Source of the DNA: Opitutia bacterium
GTDB taxonomy: Bacteria; Verrucomicrobiota; Verrucomicrobiia; Opitutales; T3Sed10-336
Assembly (NCBI GenBank): GCA_050506795.1
Contig: JBJHCF010000023.1
Location: 1 to 64,000 of the forward strand
DNA: 64,000 bases
Direction of reading: 5' to 3'
Both the position numbers and the translations under genes were made by a program. Numbering within the stretch: position 1 is the stretch's first letter; each line of letters opens with the position of its first letter. Of the stretch, positions 21,504 to 30,841 are shown piece after piece. The notes under the pieces are model-generated. The model made no database searches, was not told the origin of the DNA, and saw only the letters and a list, made by a program, of their open reading frames with translations.

Positions 21504-24227
21504 ATGGCAGGGCAATCCATCAGGCATTTCATCTACGCGGCGGCATTGGCCATCGGGCTGATGACCTCAACCCCCGCGGCCGCGGCCGAACCCGAGCCGG
21601 TCCGGATCGAAATCGAAGCCGCCATGATCGGACTGATGTTCGAGCCGAGGTCCTTCGCCGTAAAACCGGGGCAGGAAGTCGAACTGGTCCTTCGCAACGC
21701 CTCCAACGGCATGGCCCACAATCTTCTGATCGTGCGACCGGACACGGTGGATGAAGTGGCCGCCATGGCGCTCGACCTCGGGGCTGACGGTCCGGAGGCG
21801 GAATGGGTGCCGGATACGGAAAACGTCCTGCACCACACCTCGGTTGTGCCGCCCGGCGAAGAGGAGACCCTCCGCTTTTTCGCTCCGGAAGTCGAAGGCA
21901 CCTACCCCTTTGTCTGCACGATCCCCGGTCACGCGCAAACAATGCGCGGGACCATGCATGTCACCGAGGATGCGGAACCGGCGGTCACGGCATCCGATTC
22001 CGCCCCCGCCGACCGCGGAAAACCGGACGAGGCCGTGCGTTATGAAAATATGGATACGGGCCCCTTTTACTCCGGGGTGATGGAAATTCCCGGGGGAAGC
22101 GTTCTGGACAAGGGATTGGCGATCCGCGTCGGGGAGGAGCGTCAGGCGACGATTCACTTCGATACCGACCTTCTGCGCATGAGCGCCGGCTGGACCGGGG
22201 ACTTTCTCGAGTTTCACACGGAACACGATGCCGGCACCCGCAACGATCCGCCCCCGTCGGCGGCGGGAACGATTCGTTTCACCTCTTCGGCCACCACCGG
22301 TTGGGTCGAAGGTACCGAGCGATTCCGCGACCCTCGTCCCCGTCCATTCGGGCCTATGCCCGAAGGGCACGGCCGCTACGAGGGACTTTACCTGCACGGG
22401 CATCGGACCGTTCTCGCCTACACGGTCCAAAACACCACGATTTACGAATCCCCCTGGTTCAGGGAAACCGGCGAAACCGGAGCGTTTACGCGCGACCTGC
22501 TGATTGAGGAACACGACCGGGCGCTTTCGTTCCTGCTCTTTGACGGGGCGGAGTCCGGCATGACGGTGGAAAGCCACAACGGTTTGCGCATAGTTCGTGC
22601 GGAAGCCGACGACCGGCTGCTGATCGCGGCGCTGCGGCCCGATTCGGGAGCGGTATTGGAGGCGTCGAACGGCCGGGTGATCGTGCGTGTCGCGCCCAAC
22701 GACAATCCCGTCACCCTGCGCCTCTGGATCTGGGAAGGTCAAACCGACGAGCTGGACGCCTTTATCAATCTGGCAACCCGCTATCCCGAACCGGACAATC
22801 TTGGCGCGTTGAAAGACCCCGGTCCCGCCCGCTGGGGGGATCCGATCGTCACCACCGGCCACCGGGGACACGGTGACGGCCCTTATTTGATCGATTCGAT
22901 CCGCGGGCCTCGCGAAAACCCCTACAATGCCGTCCTGCATTTTTCGGGGATCGACTTCACCGAAGACGGCCGGGCGGCGTTGACCACCATGCACGGCGAC
23001 GTTTGGCTGGTGGATGGAATCGACGACGCGCTGGAGGAGATCACCTGGACCCGCTTCGCCACGGGATTGAACAATCCGTTCGGGCTTCGCGTGCTGGGTG
23101 ACGAGATTTACGTCGCCACCGAAGACGAGCTCACCGTTCTGCGCGACCGCAACGGCGACGGCGAAGCTGATTTCTACGGAAATCTCCACAATTTGATCGC
23201 ACCGGGCGCGGGCGCCTGGCGACAGGCCTTCGGGCTGGAAATCGACGATGAAGGAGCCTTTTACTTCGCGCGGGGCCGCGGCCGCTGGGGTTCCCCATAC
23301 ACCAACGGAATCATTCGTGTTTCGCCGGATGGCGACTCCATGGAAGTCATCGCCACCGGGTTCCGCCAACCGTGGGCGATCGGCCTGAGTCCTGACGGGA
23401 ACGTCACGGTGTCCCAGCAGGAAGGCCCCTGGGTCCCCCAGACTCCCGTGCACATGATAGACACTGAATCGCGCCAAGGCGCCTTTTACGGATTTGATCC
23501 CAACAACTTCCGCGCGGAAGACCCCTACCCCCGCGACCGCGGCTACGAACCTCCGATCGTTTGGCTGCCCCGGCACATCGACAACACCGGTTCAGGACAG
23601 GTCTGGGTGGAGTCCGATGAGTGGGGTTTGCCAGCGGGAACCATGCTGCACCTTTCCGGCGCCTCCCGGGTGCTGCAGCTTTTTCACGAACAGGTCGACG
23701 GAGACCGGCAGGGAGCCGTGGTTTCCCTTGGCCGTCTCAACATGTGGCGTCCGCGCATGGGACGCTTTCATCCCGGCGACGGCCAGCTCTACGTCATCGG
23801 CCCCTTTCCCGAAGGCGCGCTGGAACGGGTTCGCCACACCGGCAGCCCGGCACACGTTCCCGTGGCCCTGCACGCGCATAAAAACGGGTTGCGGATACGC
23901 TTCAATCACCCCGTCTCAGCGGCCGCCGCGGACCCGGCCAACTACCGGATTCGCCGCTGGAACTATGAATGGAGCCAGGCCTATGGCTCCGACTTCTTTT
24001 CCGTGGAAAACCCGGGCCAACGCGGGCAGGATCCGGTCGAAGTGACCACGGTGCTGCCGGTTGATTCGGATGAAAAGGGCCATCGCGAAATTTTCCTGGA
24101 GATCCCGGACATGCGTCCGGCCATGCAACTGCGCCTCAGCTATACGTTCGAAGCCGCCGACGGTACCTCGGTATCGGACGAAATCTATTCCACCATCCAC
24201 GCTCTCCGTCCAGCCTGGCTCCCGTGA
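21504..24227 (+). CDS. Cupredoxin (azurin/auracyanin-like) fused to DUF6797-like and beta-propeller domains
   Basis: Signal peptide; type-1 copper ligands MAHN...FVCTIPGHAQTM; FDTDLLR, YEGLYLHG, HGDVW, LRDRNGDGEADFY and ATGFRQP. Confidence 0.85.
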   Translation: MAGQSIRHFIYAAALAIGLMTSTPAAAAEPEPVRIEIEAAMIGLMFEPRSFAVKPGQEVELVLRNASNGMAHNLLIVRPDTVDEVAAMALDLGADGPEAEWVPDTENVLHHTSVVPPGEEETLRFFAPEVEGTYPFVCTIPGHAQTMRGTMHVTEDAEPAVTASDSAPADRGKPDEAVRYENMDTGPFYSGVMEIPGGSVLDKGLAIRVGEERQATIHFDTDLLRMSAGWTGDFLEFHTEHDAGTRNDPPPSAAGTIRFTSSATTGWVEGTERFRDPRPRPFGPMPEGHGRYEGLYLHGHRTVLAYTVQNTTIYESPWFRETGETGAFTRDLLIEEHDRALSFLLFDGAESGMTVESHNGLRIVRAEADDRLLIAALRPDSGAVLEASNGRVIVRVAPNDNPVTLRLWIWEGQTDELDAFINLATRYPEPDNLGALKDPGPARWGDPIVTTGHRGHGDGPYLIDSIRGPRENPYNAVLHFSGIDFTEDGRAALTTMHGDVWLVDGIDDALEEITWTRFATGLNNPFGLRVLGDEIYVATEDELTVLRDRNGDGEADFYGNLHNLIAPGAGAWRQAFGLEIDDEGAFYFARGRGRWGSPYTNGIIRVSPDGDSMEVIATGFRQPWAIGLSPDGNVTVSQQEGPWVPQTPVHMIDTESRQGAFYGFDPNNFRAEDPYPRDRGYEPPIVWLPRHIDNTGSGQVWVESDEWGLPAGTMLHLSGASRVLQLFHEQVDGDRQGAVVSLGRLNMWRPRMGRFHPGDGQLYVIGPFPEGALERVRHTGSPAHVPVALHAHKNGLRIRFNHPVSAAAADPANYRIRRWNYEWSQAYGSDFFSVENPGQRGQDPVEVTTVLPVDSDEKGHREIFLEIPDMRPAMQLRLSYTFEAADGTSVSDEIYSTIHALRPAWLP

Positions 24228-24379
24228 GCACTCGATATTAGGGCGAATGGCACTCGGTTAAGGCGGTGGATCGAAGCAGCTTAGCTTAATCGCATCGGCC
24301 GTTTCCCTGGATGGCCATGCTCCCGCATGGCCGCCGGCTTGGGAGCGCGGGCATCCCGCCCGCACCGGCGGCGCGGGAG

Positions 24380-24710
24380 CCTGCACCTTACACGCTTCTG
24401 TTTTCGTCCCGGAGGGACGAGTGAGAATAGCCCGGCGTTTTAACGCCGGGTTTCTATTTGGAATTGAAATAGTCCCGAAGGGACGGCTGATTGGCGCTTT
24501 ATCGCCGGGATCGCCCGAAAAATCGATTCAGTCGTCCCTTCGGGACTGGTCGCCGGGTCGTGAATCAACCCGGCGTTAAAACGCCGGGCTATTTCCATAT
24601 TGTCCCTTCGGGACAAGCTCGCCTTTCCTTCGCAAATTCGCCGATCGCCGCGTCCAATCTGCCGTATCGTTCGTCTGCTTGTCAGGGCGGAAATACGTGT
24701 AAGGTGCAGG
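24380..24710. mobile_element. Second MITE nested in a REP (15-bp TIR, 6-bp TSD)
   Basis: Perfect TIR CCTGCACCTTACACG at 24380-24394 and 24696-24710; CGGGAG duplicated at 24374-24379 and 24711-24716. Confidence 0.85.
24405..24614. repeat. REPIN-like long inverted repeat (GTCCC...GGGAC / AATAGCCCGGCGTTTTAACGCCGGG family)
   Basis: CGTCCCGGAGGGACG...AATAGCCCGGCGTTTTAACGCCGGG...AGTCCCGAAGGGACGGCTGA is mirrored by TCAGTCGTCCCTTCGGGACT...CCCGGCGTTAAAACGCCGGGCTATT...TGTCCCTTCGGGACA. Confidence 0.8.
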
Positions 24711-24979
24711 CGGGAGCGCCGCCCTCCAGGAAGCAGAGGCGCGATTCCGATTTCGATTCGGTCTCTCAAACGATGAACCTGCTTAACCCTGCCATTCATA
24801 TTAGGGCCGCAAGAGAATTCATAGAGTTACCAACGGTCGAAAAATAATTCCGCAATCTGATAGCATACATTCAACCCCCTGTTCCCGTGTGCGGGAAAGT
24901 CGTTTTGGCGTGCCAAGAGGTAGGATAGCAGGCATCTTTGGTGACCATCCTTCTCACGACAACAGTCCCGTTCCACACT

Positions 24980-27436
24980 ATGAAAAAGGCAGCAATTTCA
25001 CTCGCAGCCTCCCTCCTGCTGGCGCACCTTTCACTCGGAGCAACCCCCGACGCCTCGAGGCTGATTATCCACGCCGGGCAACCATCGCACGAGATGAGCC
25101 CATTGATGTACGGGCTCTTCTTTGAAGACATCAATTTCGCCGCCGACGGCGGGCTCTACGCCGAGCTGATCTGGAATCGCTCGTTCGAGTTCACCGACCG
25201 GCTTTTCAATTGGAGCAAGGTCGAGCGTAGCGGTTCCACCGTTGAAATCGAAGTCATGGATACCGAGCCGCTGAACCCAAATAATCCGCATTACCTCCGC
25301 GTTACCGTACCCGGGGAGACCGGAGCCGCGGGCATCGCCAACCCCGGCTTTGGCGGGATCGTGCTGGAACGGGGGAAGAATTACCAGTTCTCGGTCCACG
25401 CCCGGGCGGCGAACGCCTATGATGGAAATCTTCTGGTTCGCCTGGAATCGGACGGCATTCTCCTTGGGGAGACCCGGATCGGCGAGATCACCTCCGGCTG
25501 GGAAAAATATGATGCAACCATTACCGCTCGCGGTGATTCAACAGAGGCCAGACTGGTCCTTCTCGTGGAAGGCCCCGGCGCTGTGGATCTCGACATGGTT
25601 TCGCTCTTTCCCGAACACACCTGGCGCAACCAGCCCAACGGACTCCGGGCGGACCTGGTGGAGACTCTCAACGCGATGGAACCGGCGTTTCTTCGCTTTC
25701 CGGGAGGCTGTATCGTCGAAGGAAGGACCCTGGAAAACGCCTATCGCTGGAAGGATACGATCGGAGATCCGGCCGAGAGGCGGCAAAATTGGAACCGGTG
25801 GGCCGACTGGAATCAACCGCCGCAATATTATCAGTCCTACGGACTGGGCTTTTTCGAGTATTTCCGGCTCGCCGCCGATCTTGGAGCGGAGCCGGTGCCC
25901 ATCATTAATTGCGGAATGGCCTGTCAATACGAGAGCGGTCAGTTGGTTCCGCTCGATGAACTCGGACCGTGGATCCAGGATGCCCTCGATCTGATCGAGT
26001 TCGCCAATGGCCCGGCAGACAGCTACTGGGGAGCCAAGCGAGCGGAAATGGGACACCCGGAGCCGTTTGACATGAAATACATCGGTATCGGCAACGAGCA
26101 GTGGGGAGAAGAGTATTTCAGGCGTTACCAGCCGTTCTATGACGCGATCAGAGAGAAATATCCGGAAATCCAGATCATCTCCACCTCCGGCCCCTCAGCC
26201 GGCGGCCGTTGGTATGACCTCGCCTGGAATCGTTTCAACAACGGCCTCACCCCCGCCGATGTCGTGGATGAACACTTCTACATGAGCCCGACATGGTTTC
26301 TGCAGAACAACCACCGCTACGATTCCTTTGACCGCGATGGACCCGAGGTCTTTGTTGGCGAATACGCCGCCCATAATTCGGATCGCCGGAATGACCTTTG
26401 GGCGGCGCTCTCCGAGGCCGCCTTTTTGACCGGCCTTGAGCGGAACGGCGATATCGTCACCATGACCTCCTACGCCCCTCTGCTGGCAAAGATTGGTTCA
26501 ACTCAATGGCAGCCGGACCTGATCTGGTTCGACAACACCCAGGTCTATGGATCTCCCTCTTATTACGTCCAGAAGCTCTTCAGTCTGCATAGAGGAACCG
26601 GATACCTGGCGCACGACCTTCAGCTCGCCGAATCCGAGGATCGTGCTCCCGCGGGCCCGATCGGTCTCACCACCTGGCAAACCGACGCCGAGTTCCGAAA
26701 CGTCACCGTCACCCGCAATGACGAAGTGCTTCTGTCGCCGGAGGAGTCCGACGACTGGAGAACCATCAACGGCGACTGGTCTTTCTCAAACGGCGTTCAC
26801 CGTCAGAGGAACGCGTCCATCGCCGGCGCCACCCGAATCGCGGGGGATGCCGAGTGGGACAACTATACCGTGTCCCTCCAGGCGCGAAAGATCGGCGGCC
26901 AGGAGGGTTTCATTATTCAGTTCCGGGGGGATGAGACCGGACTCGGACTTCAGTGGAATCTCGGCGGATGGGGCAACTCGCGCCATGCGATCCAGGTAGC
27001 AGGAGAGGTGGTTACGGAAGTTCCAGGCCGTATTGAGCGCAACCGCTGGTATGACATCCGCGTGGAATTGGATGGAACCAGGGTTCGCTGCATTCTCGAT
27101 GGAGAACTGGTTCATGAAATGGAAATCCCCGGACACGGATGGCCGCGCCTTTTTGCCTCAACGACAGTCGATGCAACGACCGACCGGATTGCTCTGAAAG
27201 TCGTCAATCCGACACCGACGGCAGAGCCGGTCGACATCGACCTCCGCGATGCCGACGGAATCTCTCGGACCGCCACAGTGACAACGCTCACCAGTGCCGG
27301 GCCCCGGGATGAAAATTCGCTGGAGAATCCTCGCAATGTCTCGCCTCGAACCACGATCATCGACAATGCGGCGCTGGAGTTCCGTCACACCTTCGAACCC
27401 TACTCACTGACCGTGATCGTTCTGGAGAAGGACTAA
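24980..27436 (+). CDS. GH51 alpha-L-arabinofuranosidase with inserted lectin/DUF1080-like domain
   Basis: Signal peptide; YGLFFEDINFAADGGLYAEL, LRFPGGC, GIGNEQWG, VDEHFY, FVGEYAAH and TSYAPLL. Confidence 0.93.
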   Translation: MKKAAISLAASLLLAHLSLGATPDASRLIIHAGQPSHEMSPLMYGLFFEDINFAADGGLYAELIWNRSFEFTDRLFNWSKVERSGSTVEIEVMDTEPLNPNNPHYLRVTVPGETGAAGIANPGFGGIVLERGKNYQFSVHARAANAYDGNLLVRLESDGILLGETRIGEITSGWEKYDATITARGDSTEARLVLLVEGPGAVDLDMVSLFPEHTWRNQPNGLRADLVETLNAMEPAFLRFPGGCIVEGRTLENAYRWKDTIGDPAERRQNWNRWADWNQPPQYYQSYGLGFFEYFRLAADLGAEPVPIINCGMACQYESGQLVPLDELGPWIQDALDLIEFANGPADSYWGAKRAEMGHPEPFDMKYIGIGNEQWGEEYFRRYQPFYDAIREKYPEIQIISTSGPSAGGRWYDLAWNRFNNGLTPADVVDEHFYMSPTWFLQNNHRYDSFDRDGPEVFVGEYAAHNSDRRNDLWAALSEAAFLTGLERNGDIVTMTSYAPLLAKIGSTQWQPDLIWFDNTQVYGSPSYYVQKLFSLHRGTGYLAHDLQLAESEDRAPAGPIGLTTWQTDAEFRNVTVTRNDEVLLSPEESDDWRTINGDWSFSNGVHRQRNASIAGATRIAGDAEWDNYTVSLQARKIGGQEGFIIQFRGDETGLGLQWNLGGWGNSRHAIQVAGEVVTEVPGRIERNRWYDIRVELDGTRVRCILDGELVHEMEIPGHGWPRLFASTTVDATTDRIALKVVNPTPTAEPVDIDLRDADGISRTATVTTLTSAGPRDENSLENPRNVSPRTTIIDNAALEFRHTFEPYSLTVIVLEKD

Positions 27437-27440
27437 CGAG

Positions 27441-27996
27441 GAGTGCGGATCTCGTAGCGCCCTGCTTCAGCGGGGGAATTCCGGTGTCCGAACGGCATGC
27501 AGGACCCGGGCCGGGGAGTCTAAAGCACGGAGCTACGGAGAGTGCGCATCTCGTAGCGCCCTGCTTCAGCGGGCGAATTCCGGTGTTCGAACGGCATGCA
27601 GGACCCGGGCCGGGAAGTCTCCGGCTAAAGCACGGAGCTACGGAGAGTGCGGATCTCGTAGCGCCCTGCTTCAGCGGGCGAATTCCGGTGTTCGAACGGC
27701 ATGCAGGACCCGGGCCGGGGAGTCTCCGGCTAAAGCACGGAGCTACGGAGAGTGCGGATCTCGTAGCGCCCTGCTTCAGCGGGCGAATTCCGGTGTCCGA
27801 ACGGCATGCAGGACCCGGGCCGGGGAGTCTCCGGCTAAAGCACGGAGCTACGGGGTGTGCGGATCTCGTAGCGCCCTGCTTCAGCGGGCGAATTCCGGTG
27901 TTCGAACGGCATGCAGGACCCGGGCCGGGAAGTCTCCGGCTAAAGCACGGAGCTACGGAGAGTGCGGATCTCGTAGCGCCCTGCTTCAGCGGGCGA
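27441..27996. repeat. Tandem array of 105-bp REP doublets (BIME/REPIN-like)
   Basis: GTAGCGCCCTGCTTCAGCGGG starts at 27454, 27553, 27658, 27763, 27868 and 27973 (period 99, then 105). Each unit also has an inverted GTAGCTCCGTGCTTTAG(CCGGAG). The array lies between convergent GH51 genes. Confidence 0.93.
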
Positions 27997-28239
27997 ACCG
28001 CCGTGTCAGTACCCGATTTAAGATGCATTCTTAATGATCCATCCGGAATCTCCAGCCTGAGAACCTTGCTTACAAAACAAATATTTGGCCGTTTGTAGTA
28101 CAGATGGGCACAGATCAAAATTTTCGCATTTATATCTGTGGTCATCTGAGCCATCTGTGGTCAAAAATTCCCTGACAGACCAAGGCCCGCATGACCGGGC
28201 AATATTCTTAACCGAACCCCATTTACTCTAGTCCCGCGA

Positions 28240-30252
28240 TTAGCGTTCGGACATCCGGATCACGGTCAACGAATGGGCGGGTGCATCATAGGTGAATTCA
28301 GGCGCGACCTCGATGCTGTCCGTATGCGGAATCACCCGGTTCGGGTTTTCCAAATCGTTCACAGCCATCGGATCCCCGGTCAGCACCGTTCGGATCGCCA
28401 GGGGAAGGAAGTCACCCAATCCGCGCAGATCGACTTGTGTGGGAACAACCTCGGCTCCCGGATTGACCAGCTTGAGGATCAGATCTCCGGTGGAGGTGTC
28501 ACGTACAGCCGAGCCGGCGAAACGCGTCGCTTCGGCAAGCTCGACGGAAACCAGTTCGGAGGGAAGGTAGACATCGCCGGCGTTGTTCCCAAACATCTTC
28601 TGAACGTAATAGTTAACCGTCGGAACGACCTGGGTGTCGGTGAAATAGATCAGGTTCGGGTTCCACTGGGTGTTTCCGATTTTACCCAGGAGCGGCGCGT
28701 AGCTGGCCATCCAGACGATGTCGCCGTTCCGCTCCAGCGCGGTCATGTAGGCGGCCTCCGCGAGGGCTGAACGCAATGTCGTCCGGCGGCCGGCGTCATG
28801 GGCGGCGTATTCGCTGAGGAATACGCGGGATTTTTCACGGTCGTAAGCGTCGTATCGCTTCATGTTCTGCAAAAACCAGGAAGGCGACTGGTAATAGTGT
28901 TCGGCGATCATTTCGAGTCCGTGCTCATTGGCGAATTCCCAGCCGGCCTCAAAATCCGGTCCGTCCGGAAAGGGCCCGACATTGCCGATGATCGTGATCT
29001 CCGGATACTTCTCTTTGACCGCGTCGTGAATCATTCTGAAGCGTTCGAAAAACTCCGGCGTCTGGGCGTCCTCGTTCCCCACCGCCAGGAATTCGAGGTT
29101 AAAAGGCTCCGGCCGTCCGGCCGCGGCGCGCTTGGCTCCCCACGTCGATGTTGCCGGACCGTTCGCCCATTCGATCAGGTCAAGGACGTCCTGAATGTAA
29201 GCGGGCATATCATCCAGGGGGATCGCCTGCTGGCCGATTCCCGCCATGTGTCCTGAGTTTTGACAGGAAACGCCCGCCGCGACGACCGGAACCGGCGCCG
29301 CACCGATATCCTCACAGAACTGAAAATACTCAAAGTAACCCAGGCCGACGCTCTGGTGATACCCCCAAATATTCGATTGTCCCCGCCGTTGCTCAATCGG
29401 CCCGATCGTATCTTTCCAGCGATACATATTGCCGATGCCGTTGCCATGGGCCAGGCAACCGCCCGGGAATCGGACGAATCCCGGATTCAAGTCCGCCAGC
29501 GTCTGCCCGAGGTCCGCCCGCAAACCATTGGGGCGGTCGCGAAAGGTTCTTTCGGGGAACAACGAAATCACGTCCAACGCGACTCCGCCCCTGGCCTTAG
29601 CCAGAATCACCAATCGTCCGTTATCCTCAGTCGCGCTCGCGGTAATTGTGGCGGTCAGCTTTTGCCACTCCCCGCCCACCACTTCGGCGGACGCCTGACC
29701 CAAAAGATCCCCGGCTTCGTTCTCCAAACGGACATCAAAAGGCATCGGTCTTCCATCGATCCCCGGCCCGCCCCAACGTTGATCCATGTAGAGCTGTTTT
29801 GCGAACATGGAAAACTCGTAGTTCTCACCCTCCTGAACCGAGATCCCGCCAAACCCCCGATTCATCAGCCCGACACCGGCGCCAACCTGATCGATGTTCA
29901 AAACGACATACTTCGGATTGTTCGGGTGCAGCGGCACGGCCGCATCGATCGCGGCCCCTCCCCTGCCTCCCCCGCGGGTCACCACCTCCCAGCCGGTGAA
30001 GGCGTTCCACTGAATGTTGGCGGTCTCCTCGAAATCGAACGAACGATTTCGCACCAACTCGGCGTAAAGCCCCCCGTCGGCGGCATGATTGAGGTCTTCG
30101 AAAAAGATTCCGAAAAGTTTCGGACTGATCGATTTCTCCGGACTGGCGGAATCCACTCTCATAATCATCTCCTCAGCGTGTAAAGGCGTCACTGCGACCA
30201 AAAGTCCCGCGAAGCAGGATAATAAGGACAAAAATTTAGTAGTTGTATTCAT
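28240..30252 (-). CDS. GH51 alpha-L-arabinofuranosidase
   Basis: Signal peptide; FGIFFEDLNHAADGGLYAEL, VRFPGGC, AVGNED, AEHYY, FLSEYAAH and ASYAPLL. Confidence 0.93.
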   Translation of the reverse strand: MNTTTKFLSLLSCFAGLLVAVTPLHAEEMIMRVDSASPEKSISPKLFGIFFEDLNHAADGGLYAELVRNRSFDFEETANIQWNAFTGWEVVTRGGGRGGAAIDAAVPLHPNNPKYVVLNIDQVGAGVGLMNRGFGGISVQEGENYEFSMFAKQLYMDQRWGGPGIDGRPMPFDVRLENEAGDLLGQASAEVVGGEWQKLTATITASATEDNGRLVILAKARGGVALDVISLFPERTFRDRPNGLRADLGQTLADLNPGFVRFPGGCLAHGNGIGNMYRWKDTIGPIEQRRGQSNIWGYHQSVGLGYFEYFQFCEDIGAAPVPVVAAGVSCQNSGHMAGIGQQAIPLDDMPAYIQDVLDLIEWANGPATSTWGAKRAAAGRPEPFNLEFLAVGNEDAQTPEFFERFRMIHDAVKEKYPEITIIGNVGPFPDGPDFEAGWEFANEHGLEMIAEHYYQSPSWFLQNMKRYDAYDREKSRVFLSEYAAHDAGRRTTLRSALAEAAYMTALERNGDIVWMASYAPLLGKIGNTQWNPNLIYFTDTQVVPTVNYYVQKMFGNNAGDVYLPSELVSVELAEATRFAGSAVRDTSTGDLILKLVNPGAEVVPTQVDLRGLGDFLPLAIRTVLTGDPMAVNDLENPNRVIPHTDSIEVAPEFTYDAPAHSLTVIRMSER

Positions 30253-30841
30253 TTTTTAATTACTAAAGGAATTTTCAAATTCTCCCCAGCTACGCCATTC
30301 AAGTTCTGCAGGGACAATCTCCTCACGAGTATATTGGGTCCGTAGAATATGGCCACTCCCATCAAATTCTATTTGGTCAATTCCGTTTCCGCGGCGAATA
30401 AAGAAGCCACAAGAACTCCTGGCGGTCAAAATGAACGCGACTCTCGCCCATTCTGTTTCATAACAAGATGAGTCGAATTATAGTATCTACTTCATTCCAT
30501 CAGAGACTTAAATCACGGCACTATACATTCATCACATCGGTCTCCATATTGATTCCTTCACCGGCGAATTTAAAGACTTTCGGATCATCCCATTCATGTG
30601 ACAGTAACTTCTATTTCCACCAAAAGACTCCCTAAGGCCCACTGTTCATCGCCGTTTGAACCAGGCACCAGGAACACTCCTTCCACCCCCATTCGCCATC
30701 GTCCACCGAGCCCGTGTCCTCATGACACTCTCCCATTTTCTTATGGCCTTCGCCGGACGGGGTGCTAGTCTGAAAGCCAGCCTTCCGTTTCCTCGGACGA
30801 AGAGGGGGGCATCATTCATAACCACTATCGACGCCTTCGCC

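Larger units (their letters stand above)
24245..24797. mobile_element. IS4-family-type MITE (non-autonomous, composite)
   Basis: TIRs GAATGGCACTCGGTTAAG / CTTAACCCTGCCATTC. Perfect 10-bp direct repeat ATATTAGGGC at 24235-24244 and 24798-24807. The TIR resembles the E. coli IS4 end TAATGCCGATCAGTTAAG. Confidence 0.85.

Noticed and set aside
27441..27996. Possible CRISPR array
   Set aside because: The sequences between the palindromes are near-identical rather than unique spacers, the period is 105 bp, and no cas genes are present. It is a REP-doublet tandem array.
27357..28154. Repeat-protein ORFs on both strands (265 aa and 204 aa)
   Set aside because: They are a by-product of a stop-free 105-bp (35-codon) DNA repeat, with no coding signal.
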